64,000 nucleotides of DNA. Origin: Deltaproteobacteria bacterium TL4. Lineage in GTDB: Bacteria; SAR324; NAC60-12. Location of the stretch: assembly GCA_051382335.1 (NCBI GenBank), contig JBBCAX010000349.1:8421-72420 (forward strand), written 5' to 3'. Position numbers and translations under genes: made by a program. How positions within the stretch are numbered: position 1 is the first letter of the stretch; each line of letters begins with the position of its first letter. The notes under the pieces were generated by a model. It saw only the letters and a program-made list of their open reading frames with translations, was not told the origin of the DNA and ran no database searches. Shown in pieces: positions 20,479 through 31,005 of this stretch.

Positions 20479-23400
20479 ATGTGGAAGCGAATCATAGGGT
20501 GTTTATGCTTAGGCATCTTTTTATATGGAAATCCTCAAAGGGGATTTGCTCAAAAATCAATTCCGGAACATATTATTGGGGCTGATAAAACCACGGTTGT
20601 GCCGGAAGCCTTTCTGAGAGCTTATGATCCAATTACGATTTTTTTCAATAAAGACGAAGGACCTGCAGAGGGAGGCCCTGTCGATCAGCTTGAAAAGTGG
20701 ATGATCATGACTCCAGAACATCCCGGGGAAGCACGTTGGTTGGACGCCAGAACTTTACAATTTTTTCCGACAATCGCATGGCCTGCCTTAAGCCGTTATA
20801 CGCTTCTGGTAAAGCAGGAAAAAAAATCCCTGGTCACTTTGATGCATCCTCCCTCCCATCTTTCCCCCAGTCCTGGAAGCGTTGAGTTGGAACCCTTGAG
20901 AGATTGGATGTTCCGTTTTGAAAATCGGATGGATCTTCAAAAACTGAAAAGCATGATAAGCCTTGAAGTTCTGCCCTTACCAGGCGTCGGGAATGCCAAT
21001 CAGGTTTGGATTACAGAGAATGATTTCACCTTAAAAGAAATCGAACGGACTTCACTTCATTCCCCTGTTGAGTATCAACTGACCTTACACCGTCCTATCG
21101 ATTATGGCAAAAAAGCGATTCTGCATTTTCGCTTGTCTTTGGATGAGACCACAAGCAGCTCTGTCGCCCGCTATGCCTTTTCAACCAAAGCGCTTTTCCG
21201 AATAACAGGTTTGGGCTGCGGTTCCTTTTTATATCCGGTTTCAGTCAAGGGGAGTGTTTATTCCATGGATCAAGCTTTGAATTGTGGAGATGCCCTTCCG
21301 TCTTTTTTCCTGCAATTCAGCGAACGTTTGGGGCCTGTCTCCATGGAAGAAGTAAAACGTCTGGTAAGCTTCAGCCCTGCTGTTCAGAGTTTCCGGTATG
21401 AGGTTTCAGGGAGCCGATTACAATTATTTTTTGATGTTGCACGTGATAAACCGTATGAACTTCGTTTGAACAGCATGGTTCTTCGGAGCGTTTCCAATCG
21501 GGAGTTGGCACCTTTTGGAGAAGTTTCCACGTTCTTTTATTACACCCAGGAATCGCCTTATCTTCGATGGCAGCAAAGTCAGGGTCTGGTGGAACAATAT
21601 GGTCCTCAGCAATTTCCGATGGAAGGTCGTGGAGAAGAGCAACTGGATTTAAGGATTTATAAGATTGACCCCCTGGATCGTAACTTCTGGCCTTTTCCCA
21701 ACTCGCCTTTGGCGTTAAATGATCAAAACCGTCCTCCCGGTCCCGGAGAAGAGCCTGAGCCGGGAACGCGAATGCCGGAACAAATCCAATTGTTAGGCAG
21801 TCCTTTAGTTTCAACATTAGTGCCTTTACCCACTAAAGAACGTTCAGGCGGATTAAAATTCGGCTTGGATCTCCAACCTCATTTTACAAAAATTTCCGGT
21901 CCCTCTCAACCGGGCACCTACCTCGTTGGATATCGAAATATCGGAAGTAGTACAACACGCCAATTTGTCAGAACTCAAGTCACCGATTTAAGCTTAAGCA
22001 CCATCGAGGAGGAATCGGCTGTAACGTTTATTGTGACTTCCTTAAAAACAGGCAAGCCCTTGACCGATGCAACTGTGAGCGTGGAAGGAGAGTATGAATC
22101 GTCTCATCCTCTTTATTCTCCAAAGGATGTTGACAAATGGCAGGTGTTGATTTCTGGCATAACGAATACACAAGGGCAATTCAGGTATGAACAGGTTGAG
22201 CGAATTAAAGCTCAAATTCGACGGATTGCCGTCCAACGTGAAAATGAGAGACTGGTGTTGAATCCACAATACCCACCTCCGCACTTTGCGAATAATCATT
22301 GGTATCATGAGGAATCTCCCTGGTTGGACTGGCTTAACCGAGATACGCAACATAATCGGGAAAAGGCGATTCGGAAAGTTTTTTTATTTATTGAAAGACC
22401 TGTTTATCGTCCTGAAGAACCTGTGCATATCAAAGGCTTCTTACGGTTACGTCAACAGGGAATGCTCAAGCATGAACCCGATCGTCCAAGAACTTTGGTG
22501 ATTCAAGGACCAGGTAACAAGGAGTGGACCTACCCTGTGCGATTAAATAAAATGGGGAGTTTTTACCATAAATTTGAGGAAAAAGACTTACCCACCGGAA
22601 TGTATCAGGCTTACCTGCTCGACGAACAATCCTTTGAGCACTTAGGGTCGGCCCAATTTAAAAAAGAAAGCTATCGCATTCCTCGTTTTGAAATTAATAT
22701 TTCTGGCCCTGATAAAGTTCCTTTAGATCAACCTTTTCAATTAACCATGACCGCGGATTACTATGCGGGAGGACGAGTTGTGGGGCAGGACGTTTCATGG
22801 CAAGCGACCCAGTTTCAGTACCGCTTTTCGCCTCCCCGTTTTCCCGGGTTCCTTTTTTCTACCGATGAACGATTTCTTAGCGGACACCCTTTCAGATCTT
22901 CAGGCAGTCTTCGAAAACAGGAGAAAACCGATGAAAACGGCGCCTCTTTTTTCACGCTCAATCCGGCAGTCGAACTGGATGGAAAACCCCGCCAATATGT
23001 GGTTGAAGTCACCGTTAGGGGGGCTGATGAACAAACCGTTTCCGCAACGAAAACGGTCCTGGCTCTTCCCGCGTTTATGCTTGGAATAAAGGTGGATCGT
23101 TTTTTAAATCAGGCAACCACCATTTCACCGCAACTCCTGGTACTCAATCATGAAGGGAAACCCTTGGAAGGGCAGGAATTTCGATTGCGCCTGTTACATA
23201 GACAATGGCATTCCTATTTGAAGGAAAGCGATTTCACAACAGGAAAAATCCAATATGTCAATGATGTGGTCGATGTTCCGGTTATTGAAAAACGTATGGT
23301 TTCTGAACAAAACCCCATGACAACGCCTCTCACGGTAGAGGAATCCGGCGTTTATGTTGTGGAAATGACCGCAAAGGATCGTTTGGGACGTTTGCAGAAA

Positions 23401-26253
23401 GTTGCCGTGGATTTATACATCGCGGGAAAGACACCTGTTGCCTGGGAAAAGCCCAAATCTCAAGTTTTTGAAATGACTCTGGCTCAAAACGAGTATAACC
23501 CTGGAGAAACAGCGACTCTTCTGTTAAAAAGTCCCTATCAACAAGCGAATGCCTTAATTATTCTCGAAACTCCTACCGATAATCAATATCATTGGGTCGA
23601 AATATCAAACGGCCAGGGCGTTTTTTCATTTCCTGTCCATGAGAACATGACACCAAGAATGCCGCTCCATGCTCTTTTATTGCGGGGTCGTTTGGAGGGA
23701 AAGTTACCTTCTACAGAAAACGAAGACCGTTACCGGCCTATTGCCATGGGAAGCACCGCATGGGTCAAAGTTCAGCCTAAAAATAACCGCATGAATGTAA
23801 CGTTAACACACCCCCCGAACAGCCTGCCGGGCGCGTCTCTCCCCTTAACCATCGAACTGAGTGATCCTGAGGGAAAGCCTCTGAGTGGTGAAGTGACGCT
23901 TTGGCTTGTCGATCAGGCGGTGTTAGCCTTAGGAAAGGAACAAGCGTTGGACCCCGTACCCGCGTTTATGGATCCAGTCTTTTCGCGGATAAGGTTCAGA
24001 GATTTGCGAAATCAAATTATTGGCGAGATTTCCTTAGAAGAAAACCCGGGTGGAGATGGAACCAGGGATGACGCGGAATTATTCCGACAAGTGACTGTCC
24101 GTAAAAACTTCAAAACCATGCCTTATTATAACCCTGCGTTGAACGTCCTTAAAGGAAAAGTTCAAGTGACCATTGAACTGCCTGACAACCTGACCGATTT
24201 CGCTATACGTGCTGTCGCAACAGAGGGGCTTGCCCGTTTTGGGCATGCTAAATCAACGTTATCCGTTCGCCTTCCTCTTATCGTACAGTCGGCATTGCCT
24301 CGTTTTGTCCGGCCTGGAGATCGTTTTATCGCAGGAGGCATTGGACGTGTTGTGGAAGGCCTGGGAGGAGACGGGATGGTTGAACTGCAAGCTGAAGGAG
24401 TGGTCGTTGAGGGCGCGCTTCAACGCAAAATTAACTGGGTTAAAGATCAACCAGAGCCGCTTTTCTTTCCCATGACCGTGAACCAGCTTACCCCCATTGA
24501 TGGCGCGGAAGAGAGTCACATTGTGATCCGTATGGCCGTCAAAAGAAACAGCGATAATGCGAAGGACGCGTTTGAAATCAAATTACCTGTCAAACCAGAC
24601 CGTGAAAGAGTGCACCTTGAAAGTATGGCTCAAATTCAACCCCAGCAAATACTGTCTTTTTCGACTCCTGAAGAAGACATGCGTCCGGGCTATGTGACTC
24701 AAGCGATAGTCCTTACCCAGGAACCTGCGCTGATTAAAATGCTTGCCGGATTGAATTACTTAATCAGTTATCCACATGGCTGCACCGAACAGCGTATCAG
24801 TCGAATGATGGCGGAACTGGCCTTGCAAGCGTTACTGGATCCAATGGGGCCTAATCAACGAAAAACAGCGATTAAAGCCTCCATGGAAACAACCTTGGCG
24901 TATTTGGAAATCACACAGAAGCCCAACGGACTTTATAGTTACTGGCCAGGATCTCAAGGATATGTCAGTTTAACCGCCTATGTTGTGGAGTTTTTACTGT
25001 TGGCTAAACAGCAAGGATATCCTGTCAAGGAAGCTTTATTGGAACGAAGTCTTCAAGCTTTAAAAGATTCTTTAAGAACCGATTATAGCTCCTTTATTGA
25101 TGGAGCCTCCTTTATAGAACGGGCCGAAGCTCTTTACGCCTTATCCAAAGCGGGAATGTTTGAAGAGGGATACGCTCGTGATTTATTTGTTCGGGCCATG
25201 AATATGGATCTTTATAGTGAAGCAAAAATCATGACCACCTTAATGGATCGGTATGGAAACAATACCGATGAGGTGAGAAAACTTAAAACGGATTTATGGA
25301 AAAGCCTGATATTTAAATTACATGACGGCAAAGAAAGGTATCAGGGGTTGCAATACCGGTCCCAAACTTGGGGAGGACTGATTCTTTCGAGTGAAGTGAA
25401 AACCCTGGCGAATGTCAGTCGGGCTCTTTACCACTCCGAACCTGAAAACCCCAGAGTTCGTTTGTTGGTGGACGAATTGATTTCCCGTGGAAATCAGGAT
25501 GGTTGGGGTAGCACCAGTGCCACGACGGCAGCACTCTTGTCGTTGGGCGAAGCTCTGAAAACCCCACAACCCTCTCAACAGGAACACAAAATTGAGTTAA
25601 TTTTTGGTGATAAGACAACCATCCTCAATACCGCGGGTAAGGTAATGACCGAGCATACATCGCATGAGACCGCTCTTGGCAAAGTTCAATATCGGAGCGG
25701 ACCTGAAGAGACAATACCTTTTGCTAAACTGACCTTGGAATATCTTCCTTCAAAATCAGGCGATCACGTTCAACAAAAAAACGCGGGATTTGTAGTCGAT
25801 CGTGAGCTGCTCATCATTCAGGAAGGCAACATGCCTCCGGTCAGACAAAAGGCTGTCGCGGGACAAAACATTGAATTACCGATGGGAGCCATTATTGAAG
25901 AGCATGTTCGTGTCGTCAATCCTTCACCTCGTAACTTTGTCGCTGTTCAGGTCCCTTTTGCCGCGGGTTTTGAACCCCTCAATCCCAATCTGGCAACTTC
26001 TCCTAAAGAAGCCCTCCCTACAGGGATGATGACGCAAACTCCTGATTATTCACTATACGAGGATGATCAAGTAACCTTTTATTACGATGTCTTACCTAAG
26101 GGCGTTTATGATTTTTATTTTCGTCTTCGAACAAGCATTGAAGGGAGCTTTGTTCATCCTTCAGCAAAAACAGAAATGATGTATCACCAGGCTGTTTATG
26201 GATGGTCTGAAGGAACTCGTGTCCTGATTAAACCCCGCACGCTTAATCCATGA
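20479..26253 (+). CDS. Bacterial alpha-2-macroglobulin with thioester motif
   Basis: YPHGCTEQ thioester, ERPVYRP, YRIPRFE, VRKNF...LPDNLTDF and PRFVRPGD. Start ATG 20479 (MWKRII), with no clear lipobox. Coupled to pbpC. Confidence 0.92.
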   Translation: MWKRIIGCLCLGIFLYGNPQRGFAQKSIPEHIIGADKTTVVPEAFLRAYDPITIFFNKDEGPAEGGPVDQLEKWMIMTPEHPGEARWLDARTLQFFPTIAWPALSRYTLLVKQEKKSLVTLMHPPSHLSPSPGSVELEPLRDWMFRFENRMDLQKLKSMISLEVLPLPGVGNANQVWITENDFTLKEIERTSLHSPVEYQLTLHRPIDYGKKAILHFRLSLDETTSSSVARYAFSTKALFRITGLGCGSFLYPVSVKGSVYSMDQALNCGDALPSFFLQFSERLGPVSMEEVKRLVSFSPAVQSFRYEVSGSRLQLFFDVARDKPYELRLNSMVLRSVSNRELAPFGEVSTFFYYTQESPYLRWQQSQGLVEQYGPQQFPMEGRGEEQLDLRIYKIDPLDRNFWPFPNSPLALNDQNRPPGPGEEPEPGTRMPEQIQLLGSPLVSTLVPLPTKERSGGLKFGLDLQPHFTKISGPSQPGTYLVGYRNIGSSTTRQFVRTQVTDLSLSTIEEESAVTFIVTSLKTGKPLTDATVSVEGEYESSHPLYSPKDVDKWQVLISGITNTQGQFRYEQVERIKAQIRRIAVQRENERLVLNPQYPPPHFANNHWYHEESPWLDWLNRDTQHNREKAIRKVFLFIERPVYRPEEPVHIKGFLRLRQQGMLKHEPDRPRTLVIQGPGNKEWTYPVRLNKMGSFYHKFEEKDLPTGMYQAYLLDEQSFEHLGSAQFKKESYRIPRFEINISGPDKVPLDQPFQLTMTADYYAGGRVVGQDVSWQATQFQYRFSPPRFPGFLFSTDERFLSGHPFRSSGSLRKQEKTDENGASFFTLNPAVELDGKPRQYVVEVTVRGADEQTVSATKTVLALPAFMLGIKVDRFLNQATTISPQLLVLNHEGKPLEGQEFRLRLLHRQWHSYLKESDFTTGKIQYVNDVVDVPVIEKRMVSEQNPMTTPLTVEESGVYVVEMTAKDRLGRLQKVAVDLYIAGKTPVAWEKPKSQVFEMTLAQNEYNPGETATLLLKSPYQQANALIILETPTDNQYHWVEISNGQGVFSFPVHENMTPRMPLHALLLRGRLEGKLPSTENEDRYRPIAMGSTAWVKVQPKNNRMNVTLTHPPNSLPGASLPLTIELSDPEGKPLSGEVTLWLVDQAVLALGKEQALDPVPAFMDPVFSRIRFRDLRNQIIGEISLEENPGGDGTRDDAELFRQVTVRKNFKTMPYYNPALNVLKGKVQVTIELPDNLTDFAIRAVATEGLARFGHAKSTLSVRLPLIVQSALPRFVRPGDRFIAGGIGRVVEGLGGDGMVELQAEGVVVEGALQRKINWVKDQPEPLFFPMTVNQLTPIDGAEESHIVIRMAVKRNSDNAKDAFEIKLPVKPDRERVHLESMAQIQPQQILSFSTPEEDMRPGYVTQAIVLTQEPALIKMLAGLNYLISYPHGCTEQRISRMMAELALQALLDPMGPNQRKTAIKASMETTLAYLEITQKPNGLYSYWPGSQGYVSLTAYVVEFLLLAKQQGYPVKEALLERSLQALKDSLRTDYSSFIDGASFIERAEALYALSKAGMFEEGYARDLFVRAMNMDLYSEAKIMTTLMDRYGNNTDEVRKLKTDLWKSLIFKLHDGKERYQGLQYRSQTWGGLILSSEVKTLANVSRALYHSEPENPRVRLLVDELISRGNQDGWGSTSATTAALLSLGEALKTPQPSQQEHKIELIFGDKTTILNTAGKVMTEHTSHETALGKVQYRSGPEETIPFAKLTLEYLPSKSGDHVQQKNAGFVVDRELLIIQEGNMPPVRQKAVAGQNIELPMGAIIEEHVRVVNPSPRNFVAVQVPFAAGFEPLNPNLATSPKEALPTGMMTQTPDYSLYEDDQVTFYYDVLPKGVYDFYFRLRTSIEGSFVHPSAKTEMMYHQAVYGWSEGTRVLIKPRTLNP

Positions 26254-28622
26254 TGACTGGGAATCGTTTAAATCCGTCTAAAATTGCGATCACCGTTGCG
26301 TTTTTAATCATCGGACCGCTTTTAATCGCCTTCGTTGGATACAAGGAACTTAAGGGGAAAATTCAACTGACGGCTCCTCTCTCTACGCCCTTAATCGAAG
26401 ATCGGCAGGGCCAATTTATTACAGAAGGCAATTCCAGTTATCAACAGGATTTAGGCTTCTGGGAAATCAAGGGTGAGCTTCCAGAAAGGATGAAACAGGC
26501 CCTCCTGGTGATTGAAGACCGACGTTTTTACAAACATCAAGGCGTGGATCTCCGTGCTCTTTTTCGAGCGTCTTGGTACACCTTGACTCATGATACCCGT
26601 CAAGGCGCTTCAACCTTGGCCATGCAGATCATTCGGATGCAAAATCCCGGTGAACGTACCTACTGGCATAAACTATGGGAAATGATCGCGGCCCTCGGGT
26701 TGATTCATAAATATGGATATGACGCCGTACTTCGGCATTATTTAAAGATAGCACCTCAAGGAAATAGAATTCATGGAGTTTCTTATGCGGCAAGGAAGTA
26801 TTTCCAGAAGCCTTTGAGTGATTTGAGTTGGAGTGAGGCCGCGGTCCTTGCTAGCTTGCCCAAAGCTCCTGGAAGCATGAATGTTTATAATTATTATGGA
26901 TTCCAAAAAGCCTTAACACGGGCAAACCTGATTCTGGAATTATTGAAACAACATAAGTTCTTGAATCAAGAAGAGTATCAGGCGTCCACACGAGAGTTAA
27001 AAAACCTTCCGATGCCCGTAAAAATAGCTCAGCCCTACCATAGCTATCATGCGATTATCAAAATGAAACAGGCACTCCAACAACTACCCGGTTTTGCCTA
27101 TGCTCAACCTTTGCATTCAGGAATGGATCTGCGAATCCAAAGTGAAATTGATACGTTGGCAAGCGCGACAATTCGACAACTTCGCCTTCAAGGCGCGGGA
27201 AATGTTTCAGTCATAGTAACCGAAAAAGCCACAGGACTGATTGTGGGATATCTCGGATCAGAGTTTTATTACGACGATTGGTATGCCGGAGCCATTGATT
27301 ACGCGTCAGTCCCCCGCTCCTCAGGAAGTACCTTAAAGCCATTTATTTACGCGTTAGGCCTGGAGGGGAAATACTTTACCCCGTCAAGCATTCTAACCGA
27401 TCTTCCCTTAACGATTCATTATTCTGGTGGTAATTATAGTGTTCGTAACTTTGATGAAAAATATTTGGGGCCTGTCATCTATCGCAAGGCCTTAGCCAAT
27501 AGTCGAAATGTTCCCGCGGTTCAAATTCTTAGAGCGATTGGACTGGAGGAAACTTATCAGCTTTTTGATCGTTTGGGGTTAATCAAGGACTCAAAACCCG
27601 CTGATTATTATGGCTTAGGAATGGCCATCGGGGGCTTGTATGTGACCTTGGAAGACTTGGTCAGAGCTTATGGTGTTTTAGCAAATGAAGGGATGTCTTT
27701 TAATCAACACTGGTTTGTCAAGGATTCAAACGCTTCCCGCACCCGCCTCCTTTCTGAAGAAACAACCCGTCAAATTTCTCTGTTTCTTTCTGATCCTCAA
27801 GCGAGATTGCCTTCCTTTCCCCGGAAAACGATGCTGGAATATCCCTTTCCTGTTGCCGTAAAAACAGGAACGTCTCAAGGCTTTCGAGACGCCTGGACGC
27901 TTGCCTATAGCTCACGTTATATTGTGGGCGCATGGATCGGGCATCATAATAATGAACCCATGAAACATGTCAGTGGCATAGATACAGCTCGGCTGGTCAA
28001 GCAAATATTAGTCTTTCTACATCCAGAGGAAAGCCGTGGTATTCATGAAACCCCTTTTCCTCCTCCGCAAGGTTATGAGTCTGTTAAACTATGCGGATTG
28101 AATGGTCAACCTGCGACTGAGGCGTGTCCTGAAGTGTTTTTAGAGTATTTTCTTCCAGATCTGGCACCGAAAAAGAAAGGGGAATTCCAACAAAAAATAG
28201 TTGTAGATCAACGAACTGGTACCGTTCCAACCACAGAAACCCCTTCAAAACAGGTCGCGCTCAAAAATTATGTGGAGTTGCCTGCTCAGTTTTATGAATG
28301 GGGAACTCAGCAGGGATATAATGTTTCCGCACTTTTGGACTCACCTTGGAAAACTTACGTAAAAATTCAAGAACCTGTACATCAAAGTGTATTTATTATT
28401 GATCCTGATACGCCTCAAGCTCTTCAAACGCTGGCTTTAAGAGCAGAGACGATGCCCCTTGTCTCAGAAATAATATGGAAGGTTGATGGAAGGTTGTTTG
28501 GAAGGGCTTATTATCCATACACATTGCGCTGGCCCTTGTCTCCGGGAGAGCATACCTTTCAAGCCCATTTTCCTCACGCGAATGTAGTCAGTGAGGCTGT
28601 AACCATTACGGTGTCAAAGTAA
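26250..28622 (+). CDS. pbpC: Penicillin-binding protein 1C
   Basis: Glycosyltransferase motifs IEDRRFYKHQGVD and GASTLAMQ. Transpeptidase motifs GSTLKPF, SRN, KTGTS. C-terminal Ig-like tail. Canonical partner of A2M. Confidence 0.92.
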   Translation: MMTGNRLNPSKIAITVAFLIIGPLLIAFVGYKELKGKIQLTAPLSTPLIEDRQGQFITEGNSSYQQDLGFWEIKGELPERMKQALLVIEDRRFYKHQGVDLRALFRASWYTLTHDTRQGASTLAMQIIRMQNPGERTYWHKLWEMIAALGLIHKYGYDAVLRHYLKIAPQGNRIHGVSYAARKYFQKPLSDLSWSEAAVLASLPKAPGSMNVYNYYGFQKALTRANLILELLKQHKFLNQEEYQASTRELKNLPMPVKIAQPYHSYHAIIKMKQALQQLPGFAYAQPLHSGMDLRIQSEIDTLASATIRQLRLQGAGNVSVIVTEKATGLIVGYLGSEFYYDDWYAGAIDYASVPRSSGSTLKPFIYALGLEGKYFTPSSILTDLPLTIHYSGGNYSVRNFDEKYLGPVIYRKALANSRNVPAVQILRAIGLEETYQLFDRLGLIKDSKPADYYGLGMAIGGLYVTLEDLVRAYGVLANEGMSFNQHWFVKDSNASRTRLLSEETTRQISLFLSDPQARLPSFPRKTMLEYPFPVAVKTGTSQGFRDAWTLAYSSRYIVGAWIGHHNNEPMKHVSGIDTARLVKQILVFLHPEESRGIHETPFPPPQGYESVKLCGLNGQPATEACPEVFLEYFLPDLAPKKKGEFQQKIVVDQRTGTVPTTETPSKQVALKNYVELPAQFYEWGTQQGYNVSALLDSPWKTYVKIQEPVHQSVFIIDPDTPQALQTLALRAETMPLVSEIIWKVDGRLFGRAYYPYTLRWPLSPGEHTFQAHFPHANVVSEAVTITVSK

Positions 28623-28695
28623 TTGAGGCTTAGACAAAAAACCAAGGTTACGATCAGCCTGATGTCTCCAGGTGAGAAAGAACCAAGGAATGGAC

Positions 28696-30444
28696 TTACT
28701 CCCTGATCATTTCCGAGTGTCTGCCATGAAATCCTAGAGAAATATCATTCGTTAACTCTCCCTTTTCTAAAACAAATCCATCTTGAGGGACTGTGATCAC
28801 ACGGCTTCCAACATCGACTTCTCCATCATCGGCAAGGATCTGGTTGAAATTTTCGCTTAGGTTTCCCCGTTGCCCTGTCATCTTTTCAATAAAATAATTG
28901 CTCCTTGACGCAATTTTTTCCACCACCAGGACCAAGGCGGGATAAGGGTAACCTGCCGCAGCAGCGGCTTGGCGGAGTTGTTTTTTATTGAGTTGTTTGA
29001 GGCGCTCAATGAACGCCAGCACATCCTGTTGGGTCGTTTGATACCAGGCAGAAACATCCCTCTGACGAGTTGGGATGGTGATTGTGGGCGCCCCCTTGGT
29101 GTCTTGTTGAATATCAAAGCCTATCGAAAATTGATTAGGATGAGGCTCAAAAGCGAGTCCTAAATCATGCACGACAAATTGATATTGATAATTTCCACTA
29201 CAGTCCGGATTATCACATTTCAAAAGAATGCGATTGTTATCATACTTTATGTCTTCATTTCCTAACCAGTAATGCAGCAAGCCTAATAACCGGACAGCAC
29301 GTAATTCCGGATTGCCTAACGCATCAAAAGACCACGATCCTACTCTTACAATCTTCGGATCTCTTCTTTCTAAAACAACTTCTTTAAACATCAAATACTG
29401 AATGTGTTTACGGTTTTGCTGATAGAGTTTTTGAACCTCAGGCTGATATTCTGCTGTCGCAATTAAAGAAATCGTCGTCCCGTCTTTCAAATGGATTGCT
29501 GAAAGTGAGTCTTCCAAACGGCGTGCGTGGCCCTCAAACAATTGTTCCAAAACCTCAGTGTATTCCACTCTCAGTTCCCGTACATGAAAGACTTCATCGA
29601 CGGGAAATCCCAAGCCCCAAGCTAAATGCGTTGCTAAAGGTTCCCGATAGGATTCCCAACCTATTTTGACTTTCCATTCCGTATCCCGGTTAACATCCTT
29701 GACAAAAAAACCAGTAGATTTTCCTCGTTCCGATTTAGTGTGAATAAAACGATAAACATGGGATGAATCCATTAAATAATCTATTTCCTCAGGCGTAGCA
29801 TAAGCGTAGTACAGATTTCGCTGAGCAATGGATTCAATGGAAGGATCCATAAAATAAGCTTCAATCGCTTGTTTTTCATAAGGATGAGGGTCCGATTTTA
29901 ATACAATTCGTTCAGTACATTCTTGCAGAAAGCTTCGATCGGTTACTAATTCGCCCCAACGTAAGTGGTTATAAAGGGTGAGCCATTGTTTTTTTTCTGA
30001 AAGCTTGGAACTTTTTTCCAGTCGACGAATCAAATCCAGTTTCACATAAGCCGTCCGTCCCTTTTTCGATAAAGGCTCGTGATAGGATAGACGCTTCTCA
30101 GGTAATGCCTGATTGATCAGCGTTTCCTGCTCTTGACGTTGACGTTCTTCTTCCTGAATACGGTTCCATAAACGATTTTGTTCGTTGCGTATTAAGTCTT
30201 CATCATACAACAATTCACTCTGCTCATCAATGGCAATGGAGGTCAGTTTTTGCGTAAAATCACAACTTTGTGGTGCACTATCCGTGACTTCCAGACGATC
30301 ACCACAGGAACTTAATAGAGCCCCTGAGAAGACGAATCCCAAAATCAAAAAGGTGTAAGGAAATTTACGAAATGGACGAAATCTGGGGTTCCACATAGGG
30401 TTCATCAGGGACATCAAGAACAATAGTTGGATGGCGATTGACAA
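28696..30444 (-). CDS. Putative lipoprotein with atypical protein-kinase-like motifs (true start probably 30396-30405)
   Basis: Lipobox LSSC, RGKSTGFFVKD...WKVK.G.E...E, catalytic-loop-like NEDIKYDN and metal-binding-like VHDLG. Confidence 0.6.
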   Translation of the reverse strand: MSIAIQLLFLMSLMNPMWNPRFRPFRKFPYTFLILGFVFSGALLSSCGDRLEVTDSAPQSCDFTQKLTSIAIDEQSELLYDEDLIRNEQNRLWNRIQEEERQRQEQETLINQALPEKRLSYHEPLSKKGRTAYVKLDLIRRLEKSSKLSEKKQWLTLYNHLRWGELVTDRSFLQECTERIVLKSDPHPYEKQAIEAYFMDPSIESIAQRNLYYAYATPEEIDYLMDSSHVYRFIHTKSERGKSTGFFVKDVNRDTEWKVKIGWESYREPLATHLAWGLGFPVDEVFHVRELRVEYTEVLEQLFEGHARRLEDSLSAIHLKDGTTISLIATAEYQPEVQKLYQQNRKHIQYLMFKEVVLERRDPKIVRVGSWSFDALGNPELRAVRLLGLLHYWLGNEDIKYDNNRILLKCDNPDCSGNYQYQFVVHDLGLAFEPHPNQFSIGFDIQQDTKGAPTITIPTRQRDVSAWYQTTQQDVLAFIERLKQLNKKQLRQAAAAAGYPYPALVLVVEKIASRSNYFIEKMTGQRGNLSENFNQILADDGEVDVGSRVITVPQDGFVLEKGELTNDISLGFHGRHSEMIRE

Positions 30445-30598
30445 CGTTAGAATTTTTTATTGACTTGCAGAGATGCAACTCACAGCCCTTATTTCTTTTT
30501 TGTCCCTTCTGCCACAAAACTCAAGATCCAAAAGGAAAACTAAAAAAATCCCGGCACCAAGGATCCCGGGCGTTTGTCACTGTCGCGGAATAGATATT

Positions 30599-30679
30599 AG
30601 CCTTTAGGGGTGAGGTCTTGTTATTAAACACCTGTAATATCAGCCTATTTTTAAAACGAAGTTCTCATCCCTAAAGGCT
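30599..30679. repeat. 81-bp element bounded by a 16-bp inverted repeat (MITE-like or hairpin)
   Basis: AGCCTTTAGGGGTGAG (30599-30614) versus the reverse complement of CTCATCCCTAAAGGCT (30664-30679): 15/16 match. Confidence 0.55.
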
Positions 30680-30772
30680 GAAAGCCAATGAAGCGACAAA
30701 GACTTGTGAGAATTTGATTAAAATTGCCTTGCAACCCTTCCTCGAATAATGTAGTTATCTGCGGCTCATTCA

Positions 30773-30858
30773 GGAGGGGTGGGAGAGTGGTTTAATCCGG
30801 CGGTCTTGAAAACCGTTGTGCGCGAGTACCGGGGGTTCGAATCCCTCCCCCTCCGCCA
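30773..30858 (+). tRNA. tRNA-Ser(TGA)
   Basis: GGAGGGG acceptor, anticodon loop CTTGAAA, long variable arm, GTTCGAATCC, encoded CCA. Confidence 0.95.
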
Positions 30859-30895
30859 ATAAAAAACGTCTTTCGGCGTTAATTTTTCTCTGTGC

Positions 30896-30985
30896 GGAGA
30901 GATGACTGAGAGGCCGAAAGTGGCAGATTGCTAATCTGTTGTACTCGCAAGGGTACCCAGGGTTCGAATCCCTGTCTCTCCGCCA
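30896..30985 (+). tRNA. tRNA-Ser(GCT)
   Basis: GGAGAGA acceptor, loop TTGCTAA, long variable arm, GTTCGAATCC, encoded CCA. Confidence 0.95.
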
Positions 30986-31005
30986 TATAAAAACCTGCTC
31001 ATAAC

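Noticed and set aside
30542..30570. Attenuator/terminator upstream of the kinase-like lipoprotein
   Set aside because: Only a 5-bp CCCGG/CCGGG stem with an 11-nt loop before a U-tract, and no aptamer evident.
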